The notes under the pieces were generated by a model. It made no database searches and was not told the DNA's origin. It saw only the letters and a list, made by a program, of their open reading frames with translations. From the NCBI GenBank assembly GCA_965220745.1, contig CBDCQT010000010.1:128001-192000 (forward strand): a stretch of 64,000 bases of DNA, in the 5' to 3' direction. The stretch comes from Alphaproteobacteria bacterium (GTDB lineage Bacteria; Pseudomonadota; Alphaproteobacteria; UBA828). Made by a program: the position numbers and the translations under genes. Positions 20,966 through 30,798 of this stretch are shown here, piece by piece; position 1 is the first letter of the stretch, and the number at the start of each line of letters is the position of its first letter.

Positions 20966-23900
20966 CTACATGCTGAGCCCGCGACTCCTTCGCATGTGCC
21001 TGCCGAGCTTGCGGTCGCGCTCCTTAGCTTTCTCGCGCAGCTCGCGCAGCTTATCGGGATCGTCGAGGATGTGGGCGAAGCCCTGCCGGTCGCCTTCGAC
21101 CGTCGGCCGGGGTGGATTTCGAGGCCGGCGGTCATCGTCCAGCCGATGCGCGAAGCCCTGCTCCTGCCTTGGCGTCGGCTCGGGCCGGGGCTGCTGCGCC
21201 TTCGGCTTCCTGACGCGCGTGCGGTTCTCGCGTAGCCGGCTACGGAGCTGCTCGACCGTCAACTCCGCGCGGCCCCTGCCGACCGTTACGGTGTCGAGAT
21301 ATGCGCCGTACCTCTCGTCGTTGGCAAGGACGGCCTTACCGGTGTCCGCCAGCAGCTCGGCCGTTTCGCGCCACCGGGGCCAGGCGTCGAGACGGACGAC
21401 GGGAACGCCGCGCTCGCGGGCATCACGTTCGAGCACCTTGTAAACCTCCACATGCCGTTCGGCCGCCGCCAGATAGCCCTCGGCGATCTCGCGCGCCGCG
21501 GTCTCGTCGTCATGGTAGTCGAGGAGCCCGCCGATGACGCTGCGCGCGCGTTCGGAGAGATCGGAATGTTCAGCAAGTGAACGAACCCGGCCGATCAACG
21601 CGTCGTACCCGTCCATCAGCGGCAGCGGAAGGTCGGGCTTCTCGGCACGCGCGACGAGGTCGTTCCAGTCGCGTTGCAGCTCCCTGTAGAGCGTCCGCCA
21701 GTCGGGCGGATCATCGCGCTCCGGGCCGGGTGCGGCCGCCTCTGGCGTTCGGGACGGCAGGGCTTCTTCGGGAGCGGGCCCGGCGGCAGGGGCGGCGATC
21801 CCGGCTGCGACAACCTCGGTTGATACAGCCTCGGCGACCCCCGCTTCTTCGCGCGGTGCGTCTTGGCGCTTTGCGTCCTGGCGCGCCCGGTGGGCGGCCC
21901 TGGCCGTTATGGAGCGGAGGTAGCTGCCGGCGCGAGTGTGCTGATTGCGAAGCTTCTCGAGCTCGCCTTCGCCGATACCGGCGCGCTCGGCGAGCAGGCG
22001 CTCGAACACCTGCGGCCGCGCGCGGAAGGATGCGGCCTGCTTCATCAGCGCGCGGTGGCGGTCGAGGGTCTCGCGGAATTCCGGGCTGAGCGCCACCGCT
22101 TCGCCTTCGGCGCGTGCGCGCTCGCGCAGCTCGTCCCACGCCGCCATCACCTCGTTGCTTTCCGCTGCGAAGGCGTCGACGGCCGCGCCGTGGCGCCAGC
22201 CGTTGACCGCATGGCGGATGTCACGGGCGATGCGCACGATGGCGTTGTCGTTCGCCGCCGCCGTTGCCATCACCGCCTCTCCCTGCCGTTCGCCGCGTTC
22301 CGCGCTCCGCGACCGGCTTGCCTCGTCTCCGATGCCGCTGCGCCCGAGCTGCGCGCCGGGCTGCGTTCCAAGCTGCGCTTCATTCCGCGCAGCGAGCTGA
22401 GCCCGTTCCCTCGCATCCCGCCATGCACCGTCCGCGATGTAGTCGAGCGCGGCTTCCTTGGGCTGTGAGCGCGACCATCGCTCCGCCAGATACGCACGGA
22501 CGTCCCTGTCCGTGACGGGCATGTCCGCCTCGTCCTCGGGCCGGTGCTCTGCGATGTCGAAGACGATGGGCGCGCGGTTGACGTAGACGTCGATCCCCTC
22601 GCGGTGGCGGGTCGCGGCGGGATAGACGGTCTCGCGGGAGGGCCGGTCGTCGATCAGGAGGAAGGCACGGTCCACGGTCAGCCCCTGGGCCGAGGCGATG
22701 GTCATGGCGTAGCCGTAGTCGAGGCGGATGTTGTCGTGCCAGTCGCGGATCTCGTCATGGCGGAACATCACTCGCCGCCCGTCGTCGGTACGCGCCGTGA
22801 TGAACACCGATGGCTCGTCTTCCGTTCTCCCTTCGAACTCTTCGCTTGCATGACCCGCCTCAAGGCCATCCTCACCTGCCTCCGAGCCGCGCCCCGTACG
22901 CTCCCCGGCTTGCCGGTTTCGGGCCTTGCGCGAGACCGCCGCGTGCTCCCCGTGGCGCACCTCGATGTCCTCCACAGTGACCACGGTGCCGTTGAAGAGC
23001 TGCCTCTCCCACTGCGTGGCGCCGATGCGGAGACGATCGCCGACGGCGATCTCCAGCGGCTCCGTCACGCGGCCGTCCAGGTCCCGGCTCACCTCGATCA
23101 CGGCCCGCTTGGCGTCGGGCGTCTGCGCGAGCATCCGCTCCCGCATCAGCCACGAGAGCGCCCGCGCTTCGGCGCGCGTGCGTGCGAGCACCACGGCGGA
23201 TTTGTCGGGCTCGGCCATCGTGTGCCGCGTCCAGTCGTCCACCAGACGCCTGAGCGTCTTCTCCTCGTCGTAGCAAAGGTGAAGCCGGCCCCGGAGGCGC
23301 CACGCCTCGATGGCCTGTTCCGCGTCGCCGTCCCTGAGCGCCTCGGATACCGCCACCTGCCAGGGCGTGAACACGGGTTTCTTCTCCATGGCCTCGTAGT
23401 CGGCGACGATCGCATCGCGTTCCTCCCGTGAGGTCAGTCCGGCCCGGAAGCGCGCCAGCTCCGGCGTTTCCTTGTGGGCATGAACCAGCACGTCCTCGAG
23501 GTCCGCCTTCTGGCGCCGGATGCGGTCGACGCGGACGCTGCCGGCGACGTCGCGGATCAGCCGCAGTCCCGGTCCCGCCTCCACCGGCTGCTGCTGCCGG
23601 GTGTCGCCCGCGAACACCACCTTGGCCCCGTGGCGCTCCGAGAGCTGGAGAATGTGATGCGCCTGGCGCGTCGACAGCATCCCCGCCTCGTCAACCACGA
23701 TCAGGGTGTTGCGGCCGATCTCCAGCTGCCCCTTGGCGGCGAGCTTGAGAAGCTTGTCCACGCAGTAGGGTCGTGCATCGCAGTCGTCGCCCAGTGCGAC
23801 CGCCGTCCGCCAGGCGACCGCCGTCGGCACGATCTCGTAGCCGTGCTCCCTGTGCAGGTCGGTGATAGGCCGGAGCGTGGTGGTCTTGCCCGAGCCCGCC

Positions 23901-25306
23901 GCGCCTTCGATCACCGCCACGCGTCCACCGTGGACGGTGGCGTGCCGGATTGCCAGGGACTGCTCCTGGCTCAGCGGATAGCTCCGGTCCAGCAGCGTCT
24001 CGACCTTCAGCGCCACCGCCTCTTCCGGCAACCCGTGGCCGGCGTCCGACGCCATGGAGGACGCCATGTCCTTGACCGCCTGTTCCAGGCCGAGGTTGTG
24101 CCGGGTGGAATAGACCTCGGTGTGCACCATGCCGGCGCGGGATTCCGCTGTCGGCTTCTTCGGCTCCAACCGCTCGATCTCCGGGTTGCGGCGCAGCCGC
24201 TCGATGGCGGTCTTCAGCGCTTCCGGCCCGATCAGGCCCGCCGCCGCATTGGCCGCCGCCTCCACCATGTCCGGGCGCCGGAATACCGCCTCCTCCCGGG
24301 CCAGGTGGGCGGGAAGATCGTCGAGCCGGTCCGTCAGCTCACGTATCGCCTCACGGCCGGTCTCCACCTTGTTGCCCGTGACTGAAGCGATCAGCCCCTC
24401 CCGCTCACAAAATCCCTGCGCTTCGTCGCGCCAGCGCCCGTGACGCACCTCGGGATCGTTGTCGTGGGACTTGCCGGCCCTGGTCAGCTTGTTGACGCCC
24501 GCCATGCGCGAGGCGTTGCCGAGCGTCGGGATACCCAGCTCCCCGGCCTTCGCGACGATCGTCTTGCGCCGCTTCGACCAGAAGACCTGCAGGTCCTCCG
24601 GCATGCCCTCGATACGGGTGAACGCGCCGTCGGGACCGTACTGTTCGATGTTCACGCCGAGGCGCTCGCGCAGGTTCCAGGCGAGCGCATTGCGGTAGAC
24701 GGCGCCCGCAGCCTTGGCCCAGCTGTAGACCGGGTACTGGTGCATGGCCCTCCACTTGCCGTCCTCATGGGTGCGGGCCGCATTGAAGATGAGGCAGTGC
24801 GTATGAAGCTGCGGATCGTTCTCCCGGCTGGTGCCGTGCTGGAACATCGCCGCGGCGATATCGGCGGGCAGGACCCTGATCTGCCCTTCCCGGTCCCGGA
24901 TCCGCGTCCAGGCGCAGTGACGGAACACCGTCTCTTCCAGCGCGACCCGGGCGGCGTCGTTGTGCGCGTCCTCGATGCGGGAGCGAAGCTCGGGATCGGC
25001 GATGGCCCAGAGCGCGGAGATGCTCTTGTCGGCGGAGAAGGTCATGTCCAGGCCAGGCGAGCGCGTCTCGCTGCCCGCGTTCCTGGTGAGCCTGGTGGAG
25101 CCGTCCGGCGCGAAGCCGTTGTAGAGCCTCTGGAAGTCGCTGCTGTCGACCCTGCCGCCGTTCTCGAGGCCGAGCAGGCCCTTGGGGTTGAACCACACCC
25201 CGTCCGGCTCCTCGCCCGCCGTGTAGTACTCGTTGGGATGACGGAACGAGCGCTGGCTCTCCAGGTAGTACGAGGCCGAGGCGGCCTGGGCGAGGGTGGC
25301 TACCAT
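20966..25306 (-). CDS. traA: MOBF (TrwC-like) relaxase-helicase
   Basis: N-terminal YY...YY, DMTFSADKS, HGTSRENDPQLHTH, GAAGSGKT, VDEAGM, QGLTVD. Confidence 0.93.
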   Translation of the reverse strand: MVATLAQAASASYYLESQRSFRHPNEYYTAGEEPDGVWFNPKGLLGLENGGRVDSSDFQRLYNGFAPDGSTRLTRNAGSETRSPGLDMTFSADKSISALWAIADPELRSRIEDAHNDAARVALEETVFRHCAWTRIRDREGQIRVLPADIAAAMFQHGTSRENDPQLHTHCLIFNAARTHEDGKWRAMHQYPVYSWAKAAGAVYRNALAWNLRERLGVNIEQYGPDGAFTRIEGMPEDLQVFWSKRRKTIVAKAGELGIPTLGNASRMAGVNKLTRAGKSHDNDPEVRHGRWRDEAQGFCEREGLIASVTGNKVETGREAIRELTDRLDDLPAHLAREEAVFRRPDMVEAAANAAAGLIGPEALKTAIERLRRNPEIERLEPKKPTAESRAGMVHTEVYSTRHNLGLEQAVKDMASSMASDAGHGLPEEAVALKVETLLDRSYPLSQEQSLAIRHATVHGGRVAVIEGAAGSGKTTTLRPITDLHREHGYEIVPTAVAWRTAVALGDDCDARPYCVDKLLKLAAKGQLEIGRNTLIVVDEAGMLSTRQAHHILQLSERHGAKVVFAGDTRQQQPVEAGPGLRLIRDVAGSVRVDRIRRQKADLEDVLVHAHKETPELARFRAGLTSREERDAIVADYEAMEKKPVFTPWQVAVSEALRDGDAEQAIEAWRLRGRLHLCYDEEKTLRRLVDDWTRHTMAEPDKSAVVLARTRAEARALSWLMRERMLAQTPDAKRAVIEVSRDLDGRVTEPLEIAVGDRLRIGATQWERQLFNGTVVTVEDIEVRHGEHAAVSRKARNRQAGERTGRGSEAGEDGLEAGHASEEFEGRTEDEPSVFITARTDDGRRVMFRHDEIRDWHDNIRLDYGYAMTIASAQGLTVDRAFLLIDDRPSRETVYPAATRHREGIDVYVNRAPIVFDIAEHRPEDEADMPVTDRDVRAYLAERWSRSQPKEAALDYIADGAWRDARERAQLAARNEAQLGTQPGAQLGRSGIGDEASRSRSAERGERQGEAVMATAAANDNAIVRIARDIRHAVNGWRHGAAVDAFAAESNEVMAAWDELRERARAEGEAVALSPEFRETLDRHRALMKQAASFRARPQVFERLLAERAGIGEGELEKLRNQHTRAGSYLRSITARAAHRARQDAKRQDAPREEAGVAEAVSTEVVAAGIAAPAAGPAPEEALPSRTPEAAAPGPERDDPPDWRTLYRELQRDWNDLVARAEKPDLPLPLMDGYDALIGRVRSLAEHSDLSERARSVIGGLLDYHDDETAAREIAEGYLAAAERHVEVYKVLERDARERGVPVVRLDAWPRWRETAELLADTGKAVLANDERYGAYLDTVTVGRGRAELTVEQLRSRLRENRTRVRKPKAQQPRPEPTPRQEQGFAHRLDDDRRPRNPPRPTVEGDRQGFAHILDDPDKLRELREKAKERDRKLGRHMRRSRGLSM

Positions 25307-25457
25307 CGTGCGGCGTCCCTGCCCGGAAGATACTTGGCGATCTTACTTGCGCGCAGCGCCGCCGCCGCTAGAGCGAATGAGGGAATCCTCATAGGATTCG
25401 GATCGCTATTCAATGGGCTCGGGACATCCATCCGCGGCCGACTGTATCACCCGTCAT

Positions 25458-25499
25458 ACTTCTCGGCAACCAGCACTTTAGTGCATAGGTGTGAGAAGT
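25458..25499 (+). promoter_or_regulatory. Candidate MOBF oriT/nic (GCACTTTAGTGCATAGGTGT^GAG)
   Basis: Short IR followed by GGTGT, as in F/IncN nic sites; lies between divergent relaxase and small accessory gene. Confidence 0.5.
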
Positions 25500-25692
25500 C
25501 TACATCGCCTAAACACGACGAACAACAGGCGGATATACATCATAGCGGTCATCCTGCGTTAGGCATAACGGGAAACAGACCGAGAATCGGATGCAGAAGC
25601 AGAACGTTACGGTCTTCTTGTTGACACGGTGGGGGCCAAGGCCGATCATTCGAGCTCGTCCAGGTGAGAAACGACGTGAGGAGGAAGCGATC

Positions 25693-25998
25693 ATGGTGGC
25701 GCGGCGCTTCAACGAATCGGATATCGACTTCGAGGCCATCGATGCGGACCTGGCGAAGCTGACGCCGCCGAAGCTGACGTTGAAGGACGTCCTGGACCGC
25801 TTGCGAGAGCGCATGCTCGAGCAACGGGCCAAGGGCGTGACCGTGGCGCAGATGCACGAAGTGCTCAAGGCGCGGGGCATAGAGCTGGGTGAGCGCAGTC
25901 TCAAGATCTTCCTCGACAAGGGGGAGCTGCCGGGCCGCAAGGCTGCGGCGGTGGCGGCGAAGATGGGTGGCGGTGACCCGGAGGGGGATGCCTTCTGA
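25693..25998 (+). CDS. Small putative relaxosome accessory (MobC-like) protein
   Basis: SD GAGGAGG, 101 aa, divergent from relaxase; function inferred from position. Confidence 0.55.
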   Translation: MVARRFNESDIDFEAIDADLAKLTPPKLTLKDVLDRLRERMLEQRAKGVTVAQMHEVLKARGIELGERSLKIFLDKGELPGRKAAAVAAKMGGGDPEGDAF

Positions 25999-26175
25999 GC
26001 CGGCATCGGGCGAAGGCGCGCAGGCGCCGAGCAGAGGCCGGGGCGAGCAGTCTTGCGAAGACGCGGAGCGTCGAGCCCGAGGCGGGCCGAACCCGGAGCG
26101 GCGATGCGTCGTGCGAAGCACGGGCCGAGCGCGGGTCGGCGAGCCGTGGGCCGTCGGCCGGTATTCCAATTCAGG

Positions 26176-26398
26176 GGGAGCAAGCGAGCGAGCGGCGAAG
26201 CCGCGTATGCGGCGAGCCGGTCGCGAAGCGGCGGGTCGAACGGGGGAAGGGGCGTCCGAGGGAGCGAGGCCGCGTAGCGGCGAGCGCGAGCCGGCGATGC
26301 CATTCGCAGAATGGTGAGCCGTGGCCCGGTGCGATGTGCGGGAGCAAGCGAGCGAACGGGCGAAGCCGCGTATGCGGCGAGCCGGACGCGAAGCGGCG
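26176..26398. repeat. Two ~58-bp direct repeats rich in GCGAAGC
   Basis: 26176-26233 and 26340-26398 are near identical. Confidence 0.85.
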
Positions 26399-26502
26399 AC
26401 GGGCGGATCGCGGTTCGAGCGGAGAGCGGGAGCGCAAGCGGCGATGGCGCGAAGCGCCTGTGCCGGACGCCTGGCGTCGTTGCGCGACACTGGGCACGGA
26501 GC

Positions 26503-26550
26503 AAAAAGGGGGAAGAGCCGGCCCTTGCCGAGGCGCGGACCGGCTCTTCC
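26503..26550 (-). terminator. Rho-independent terminator
   Basis: GGAAGAGCCGG...CCGGCTCTTCC stem with T-run on minus strand, after stop at 26570. Confidence 0.55.
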
Positions 26551-26569
26551 GGGAAGGGAGGTGCCGCCG

Positions 26570-27493
26570 TCAAGCGGCGACGCGATAGACCGGAATACCG
26601 AGCTGCCGGGCCTTGTCGACGAGGTTGCCGGTGATGCCGCTACCGGGGAACGCGATGACGCCCTTGGGCAGCAGGTTGAGCAGCTCGTCGTTCCGCCTGA
26701 ACGGCGCGGCCTTGCCGTGCGCGCTCCAGTCCGGGCGGCAGATCACCTGGTTGACGCCTCTGGCTTCGGCCCAGCTCGCGGCGATCTTCTCGACGCCCGG
26801 GCCGCCGCCGTGCAGCAGGACCATGTCGCCGTACTTCTCGCGGGTGCGGTCCAGCGTGGTCCAGACCGCGTCCGCGTCCGCGACGGTCTTGCCGCCGGTG
26901 ATCGCCACCAGGGTGCCGTCCGGCAGATGCGCCTGGGTCTCGCGGTCCTTGCGGGCGCGCCTGAAGTCGCGGGCGTCGATGGCGGCTGAGGTCAGCGTTC
27001 CGGTCCGGCTGGCGTGCGATCCGTGGCGGGGACGCCAGACGTCGCCGGTGTGGACGCGGTAGGCGTCTGCGGCGACGTCGCGCATCTTCTCGAACGCGTC
27101 GCGCCGGTCGCCGAGGTTCTGCGCGCGATCGGTCAGGGTCTGCAGCTCCCATGCCTTCACTTCGGAGCCGTCCTGGGCGGTCTCGAGGTCCTTCATCTCG
27201 GGCACGATGCGGTCGACGGTCCGGTCGAGGCGGGTGACCTGGGAATGCAGGCAGTTGACGAAGCCCCACAGCAGCGCCTCGCGCTCGTCGGCCATCTGCG
27301 TGCCGTCGACGGTGACGCCGTCCACGATGATGCGGATGGCCTCGCCCAGCGCGTGCGTGGCGTCGTCTTCGTCCCAGACGACGCGGCTGTCGAGCTCGCC
27401 GCGCTCAGGGCTGGCGCCGTAGAGTGCCATGCTCTCGCAAACGGCGGCGGTGGCAGAAGCGGTAGCGGTCTGTGTGGCGATGGTGTCGATCAT
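26570..27493 (-). CDS. DUF2493 / YspA-like SLOG-domain protein
   Basis: VAITGG, LLHGG, PDWSAHGKAAPFRRN, FPGSGIT. Confidence 0.8.
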   Translation of the reverse strand: MIDTIATQTATASATAAVCESMALYGASPERGELDSRVVWDEDDATHALGEAIRIIVDGVTVDGTQMADEREALLWGFVNCLHSQVTRLDRTVDRIVPEMKDLETAQDGSEVKAWELQTLTDRAQNLGDRRDAFEKMRDVAADAYRVHTGDVWRPRHGSHASRTGTLTSAAIDARDFRRARKDRETQAHLPDGTLVAITGGKTVADADAVWTTLDRTREKYGDMVLLHGGGPGVEKIAASWAEARGVNQVICRPDWSAHGKAAPFRRNDELLNLLPKGVIAFPGSGITGNLVDKARQLGIPVYRVAA

Positions 27494-27550
27494 GACGATC
27501 TCCCTTTCTCATCCTTCCGGATGTTCATCCTCCGGGACCCTGTGCCCCGT

Positions 27551-27928
27551 CGTGATGTCCTTTCGGGACACGTGCGCGCAGCGGAAGCACCTGGCCCTAG
27601 ATGGCCTTGGGCGCGAGTGGGTGCGGAAAGTCGGCGATTTCGGTGCGGAAGTTCGCGTCGGCGGTGCCTGGGAGGCCCGGCGCGCCGCCTCGCCGCTTGG
27701 CCGCGTTTCGAGTTGGCCTGCTCAAGAACTCTAGCGCCGGGCCGACACGGCGGCCCCGCGTCAGGGGCCGGCGTGCCCCACGCGAGGCGGTTCGGGGTTA
27801 CACGCAAGCGAACTTCACGGTCGCCGACTTTCACGGCGCGCCTTAGGCCATCTTGGGCCAGGCCGGAGCGCAGCGGAGGACCCGCAGGGTTGCTGGAGCG
27901 AGCACACGTGGCACGATGGGACATCACG
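27551..27928. promoter_or_regulatory. ~380-nt nested inverted repeat; Frpo-like single-stranded promoter candidate
   Basis: Several nested complementary arms directly upstream of the SLOG gene. Confidence 0.6.
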
Positions 27929-28043
27929 CAAGAGGAGCAGTCCTTTCTCCGCCCCAAAGCGGCGGAAGCCGCTTCGCGTCCTTGCGGACGCGGCCGCCGC
28001 GAGGCGGTTTCCATGCGAGCCGTGGGGCGGGAACGGCGCCGGC

Positions 28044-28280
28044 TCAGAGCAGGGGATGGGTCTCGACCCAGCGCTCGGCGGTCTCGCGCAGCCTGCTGCG
28101 CTCGGTGACGCGCTTCCAGCCGCGCCAATCCTCTGCGAGCCAGATCAGGTAGTGGAACCGGCCCGGATTGAGGATGTCCTCGTCCTTGAAGATGTCGCCG
28201 ATGTACCGGCCGTCGCGGTAGATGCGCACCTCGTCCGGAGCTGCCAGCTTGAAGGCGAGGTCGGTTCTGAAGCGTCCCAT
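28044..28280 (-). CDS. Small hypothetical protein
   Basis: SD GGGGAG; MGRFRTDLAFK..., 78 aa. Confidence 0.6.
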   Translation of the reverse strand: MGRFRTDLAFKLAAPDEVRIYRDGRYIGDIFKDEDILNPGRFHYLIWLAEDWRGWKRVTERSRLRETAERWVETHPLL

Positions 28281-28333
28281 CGGATTGCTCCCCATTGTCG
28301 GTTGCGGCGGGTTCTCTCTCTCCCGCACTTCGC

Positions 28334-29332
28334 TCACCCCGATGCATGCCGCCCTCCGTCTCCCGGCAAGCCGAGGACCGGGGCGAGGCGCGCGCGAAGC
28401 GCCGCGGCGCCGAGAGCGACGAGCTCGTCGTTGAAGTCGCCTCCCTGGGGAGCCAGGATCGACGAGGCGACGCCCGCACGTGCGCAGCGCCGGGCGAGGC
28501 GTTCGGCGGCGCGCTCGCCTTCCGGATCGTTGTCTCGCGCGATGACGAGCCGGGCCGTGCCGGGAGGAGGCGCGAATGCGCCGAGGCTCCCGGCGGAGAG
28601 TGCGGCAGCCGCGACGGTGCCGGGCAGCGCGGTGACGATGGAGAGAACCGTCTCGATGCCCTCGCCGACCAGCAGCGTGGCGGCGGCGGGGTCGCCGAAG
28701 CGGACGGCGAGGCCGTGGACGCGGCCGAGCGCTTTGCGCGGGCGCGGCAGATCGGCCTTGGCCGGCTCGCGCGGATCCAGCCACGTCCGGTGCACCCCCG
28801 TGACGGTGCTCTCATCGGCGGTGAGGGCGGCGACCAGCGCGGGGAGCCGGCGCGCGCCGGCTTCGTCGCGGTGGAGCAGCCGGGGATGGAAACGGAGCGC
28901 GGGGAAGCGGCAGCGGTGGATCGCCCTGGCGCGGAGATAGGCTTCGGCATGGGTGCCGTCGATGGCGCGGCAGCGCTGCCAGAGGCGGCGCGCCGCCTCG
29001 GTCCGGTCGTAGCTGTCGGGGCCGGCCGGGGCTGGCATGGGCGGCATGGAGAGGAATGCGCGCGCCTCGGCGAGGGCGGCGCGCAGCGAGCCCGCGCCGG
29101 AGGCGAAGCGGACGAGGTCGAGCAGGTCGCCGTGCTCGCCGGAGCTTGCATCGGTCCACTTCCCGGGCGTGCCGGGAGGCGCGAGGCGGACGAAGAGCGA
29201 GCGGCCTCTGGCGCCGCGGATGTCGCCGGCGATCCAGTAGCGGCCGCTCCTGCGGCCCTGCGGCAGGTATCGCCGGCAGACCTCCTCGGCGCGACCGGCG
29301 AGGGCGGCGGAGACGCGGGCGGCCGCGCTCAC
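28334..29332 (-). CDS. Toprim-domain primase-like protein
   Basis: GVHRTWL, LLVGEGIET, IARDND motifs. Confidence 0.82.
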   Translation of the reverse strand: MSAAARVSAALAGRAEEVCRRYLPQGRRSGRYWIAGDIRGARGRSLFVRLAPPGTPGKWTDASSGEHGDLLDLVRFASGAGSLRAALAEARAFLSMPPMPAPAGPDSYDRTEAARRLWQRCRAIDGTHAEAYLRARAIHRCRFPALRFHPRLLHRDEAGARRLPALVAALTADESTVTGVHRTWLDPREPAKADLPRPRKALGRVHGLAVRFGDPAAATLLVGEGIETVLSIVTALPGTVAAAALSAGSLGAFAPPPGTARLVIARDNDPEGERAAERLARRCARAGVASSILAPQGGDFNDELVALGAAALRARLAPVLGLPGDGGRHASG

Positions 29333-29533
29333 GATGCATACTTACGGTGAGAACGGGGACTGGCATCGCCGGCACGGGGAGCGGGGATGGAGCGCATGAG
29401 GGACCTCTCCGGATGCTGCGTGGGACGCGCCCCGGTCCCGGCCGCCGCCCGGCCTCTCGCCGGTGCCGGGACGGCGGGCGATGCGCGTAGCGCGAGCCTT
29501 GCCGCCCGGCCGGGGGCTCGGGCAAGGCAGCAT

Positions 29534-29576
29534 AAAAAACGGCCGGTCCCGCGCGGGAGGAACGCGGAACCGGCCG
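29534..29576 (-). terminator. Rho-independent terminator downstream of ssb
   Basis: CGGCCGGT...ACCGGCCG stem plus T6 on minus strand. Confidence 0.5.
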
Positions 29577-29705
29577 GGACCGGCGGGAGGGAGGGGCCCG
29601 CCGAGGCGCCGTGCGAGGCGCAAACTTGACGAATTGGGATGACTGGGAAGCGTAAGGTCCGCAGGGCGTTACCACTGCAGACCTTACAAATCCGGCGACT
29701 TCCCC

Positions 29706-30164
29706 TTAGAACGGGATCGTTCCGTCGTCGACGGGATCGGCGGAAGCGGCCTCGGCGGCCGGCGTCGCCTCGGCGTCGGACGCGGGCGCGCCGTTGCCGT
29801 TCGAGGTGGCAGGCCGCTCGAGGAACTGGATCCTGCCGCCGGGGACGAGGAGGATCTCGGTCGAGAAGCGGTCGGAGTCCTCGCCGTCCTTGCGCCACTT
29901 CCTGGTCTGCAGCTTGCCCGCGACGTAGACGAGACGGCCCTTCTTCGCGTGCTTCTCCAGCATGTCGATCAGTCCGTCCTGGAACGTGACGACGCGGTGC
30001 CACTCTGTCTTGTCGACGCGTTGGCCACCAGCGTTCCGGTCTATGTAACTTTCGTCGGTCGCCACGCTCATGTTGGCGACGCGTCCGCCGGACGCCAGGT
30101 GGTTGATGGTCGCATCGGCGCCCAGGCGGCCGATGAGCTGCGCGGAGTTGAGTCCAAACGACAT
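29706..30164 (-). CDS. ssb: Single-stranded DNA-binding protein
   Basis: LIGRLGAD, TEWHRVV, GKLQTRKW, C-terminal IPF; SD AAGGAG. Confidence 0.93.
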   Translation of the reverse strand: MSFGLNSAQLIGRLGADATINHLASGGRVANMSVATDESYIDRNAGGQRVDKTEWHRVVTFQDGLIDMLEKHAKKGRLVYVAGKLQTRKWRKDGEDSDRFSTEILLVPGGRIQFLERPATSNGNGAPASDAEATPAAEAASADPVDDGTIPF

Positions 30165-30798
30165 TGTCCGTCTCCTTCTCTTCCGGATTGCTGACGATGG
30201 TTGCCGAGCGGGTCGGAGCCTCTCCCGGCCCCTTCCCTGCTCGCCTTCTCCAAGCTCTTCCCTGACTCTCGTCTGCCGTCTGCCCCGGTGCCCGCGGGGA
30301 CACACCGGGCGTGCCGGTCGCACGGACGCCCGCGCAGGATGCCGCGATGGCTGGCAGCCGCCGGATGCGGCAGATACGGCGCCAGGATCGGAGGAGCGGG
30401 TGGCAAGGATCGCACCCTCGCGGCGCGAAGCGCTGCACACGAACACGGGGTGGGGCGCGGTCTCGGTGGCCGATTCCGGTTCCCCCCAGCAGCAGCCCCG
30501 TCACCGCGAATAGACCGGCCGCCCGGCCCGGCTATGGTGCCCGGAAACTGAGGGACGGATCAGCCATGGCGACGGTGACCGGGGACGATCGGACGGAAGC
30601 GGGTCGCGACCGGGATGGCCCGGCGGAGGACGGCGCATAGGCGGGCCGGGCCCGGCGGCACCGGGAGCGCGCGGCACACTATAATTGTGCCGAGCTTCGA
30701 GTCGGCAGAGGGGAGATGGGTAAGCGGTGCGAGCGCCCCACCTACCATATATTTAAGGGGTGCGGTTTGCTGACCGTTTCGCCGAGGAGGGTCAGCGG

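Noticed and set aside
26176-26398. Direct repeats as CRISPR
   Set aside because: Only two units, too long, no cas genes
29652-29687. GTAAGGTC...GACCTTAC hairpin as mini-IS66
   Set aside because: 36 bp, no target duplication; more likely a hairpin after ssb
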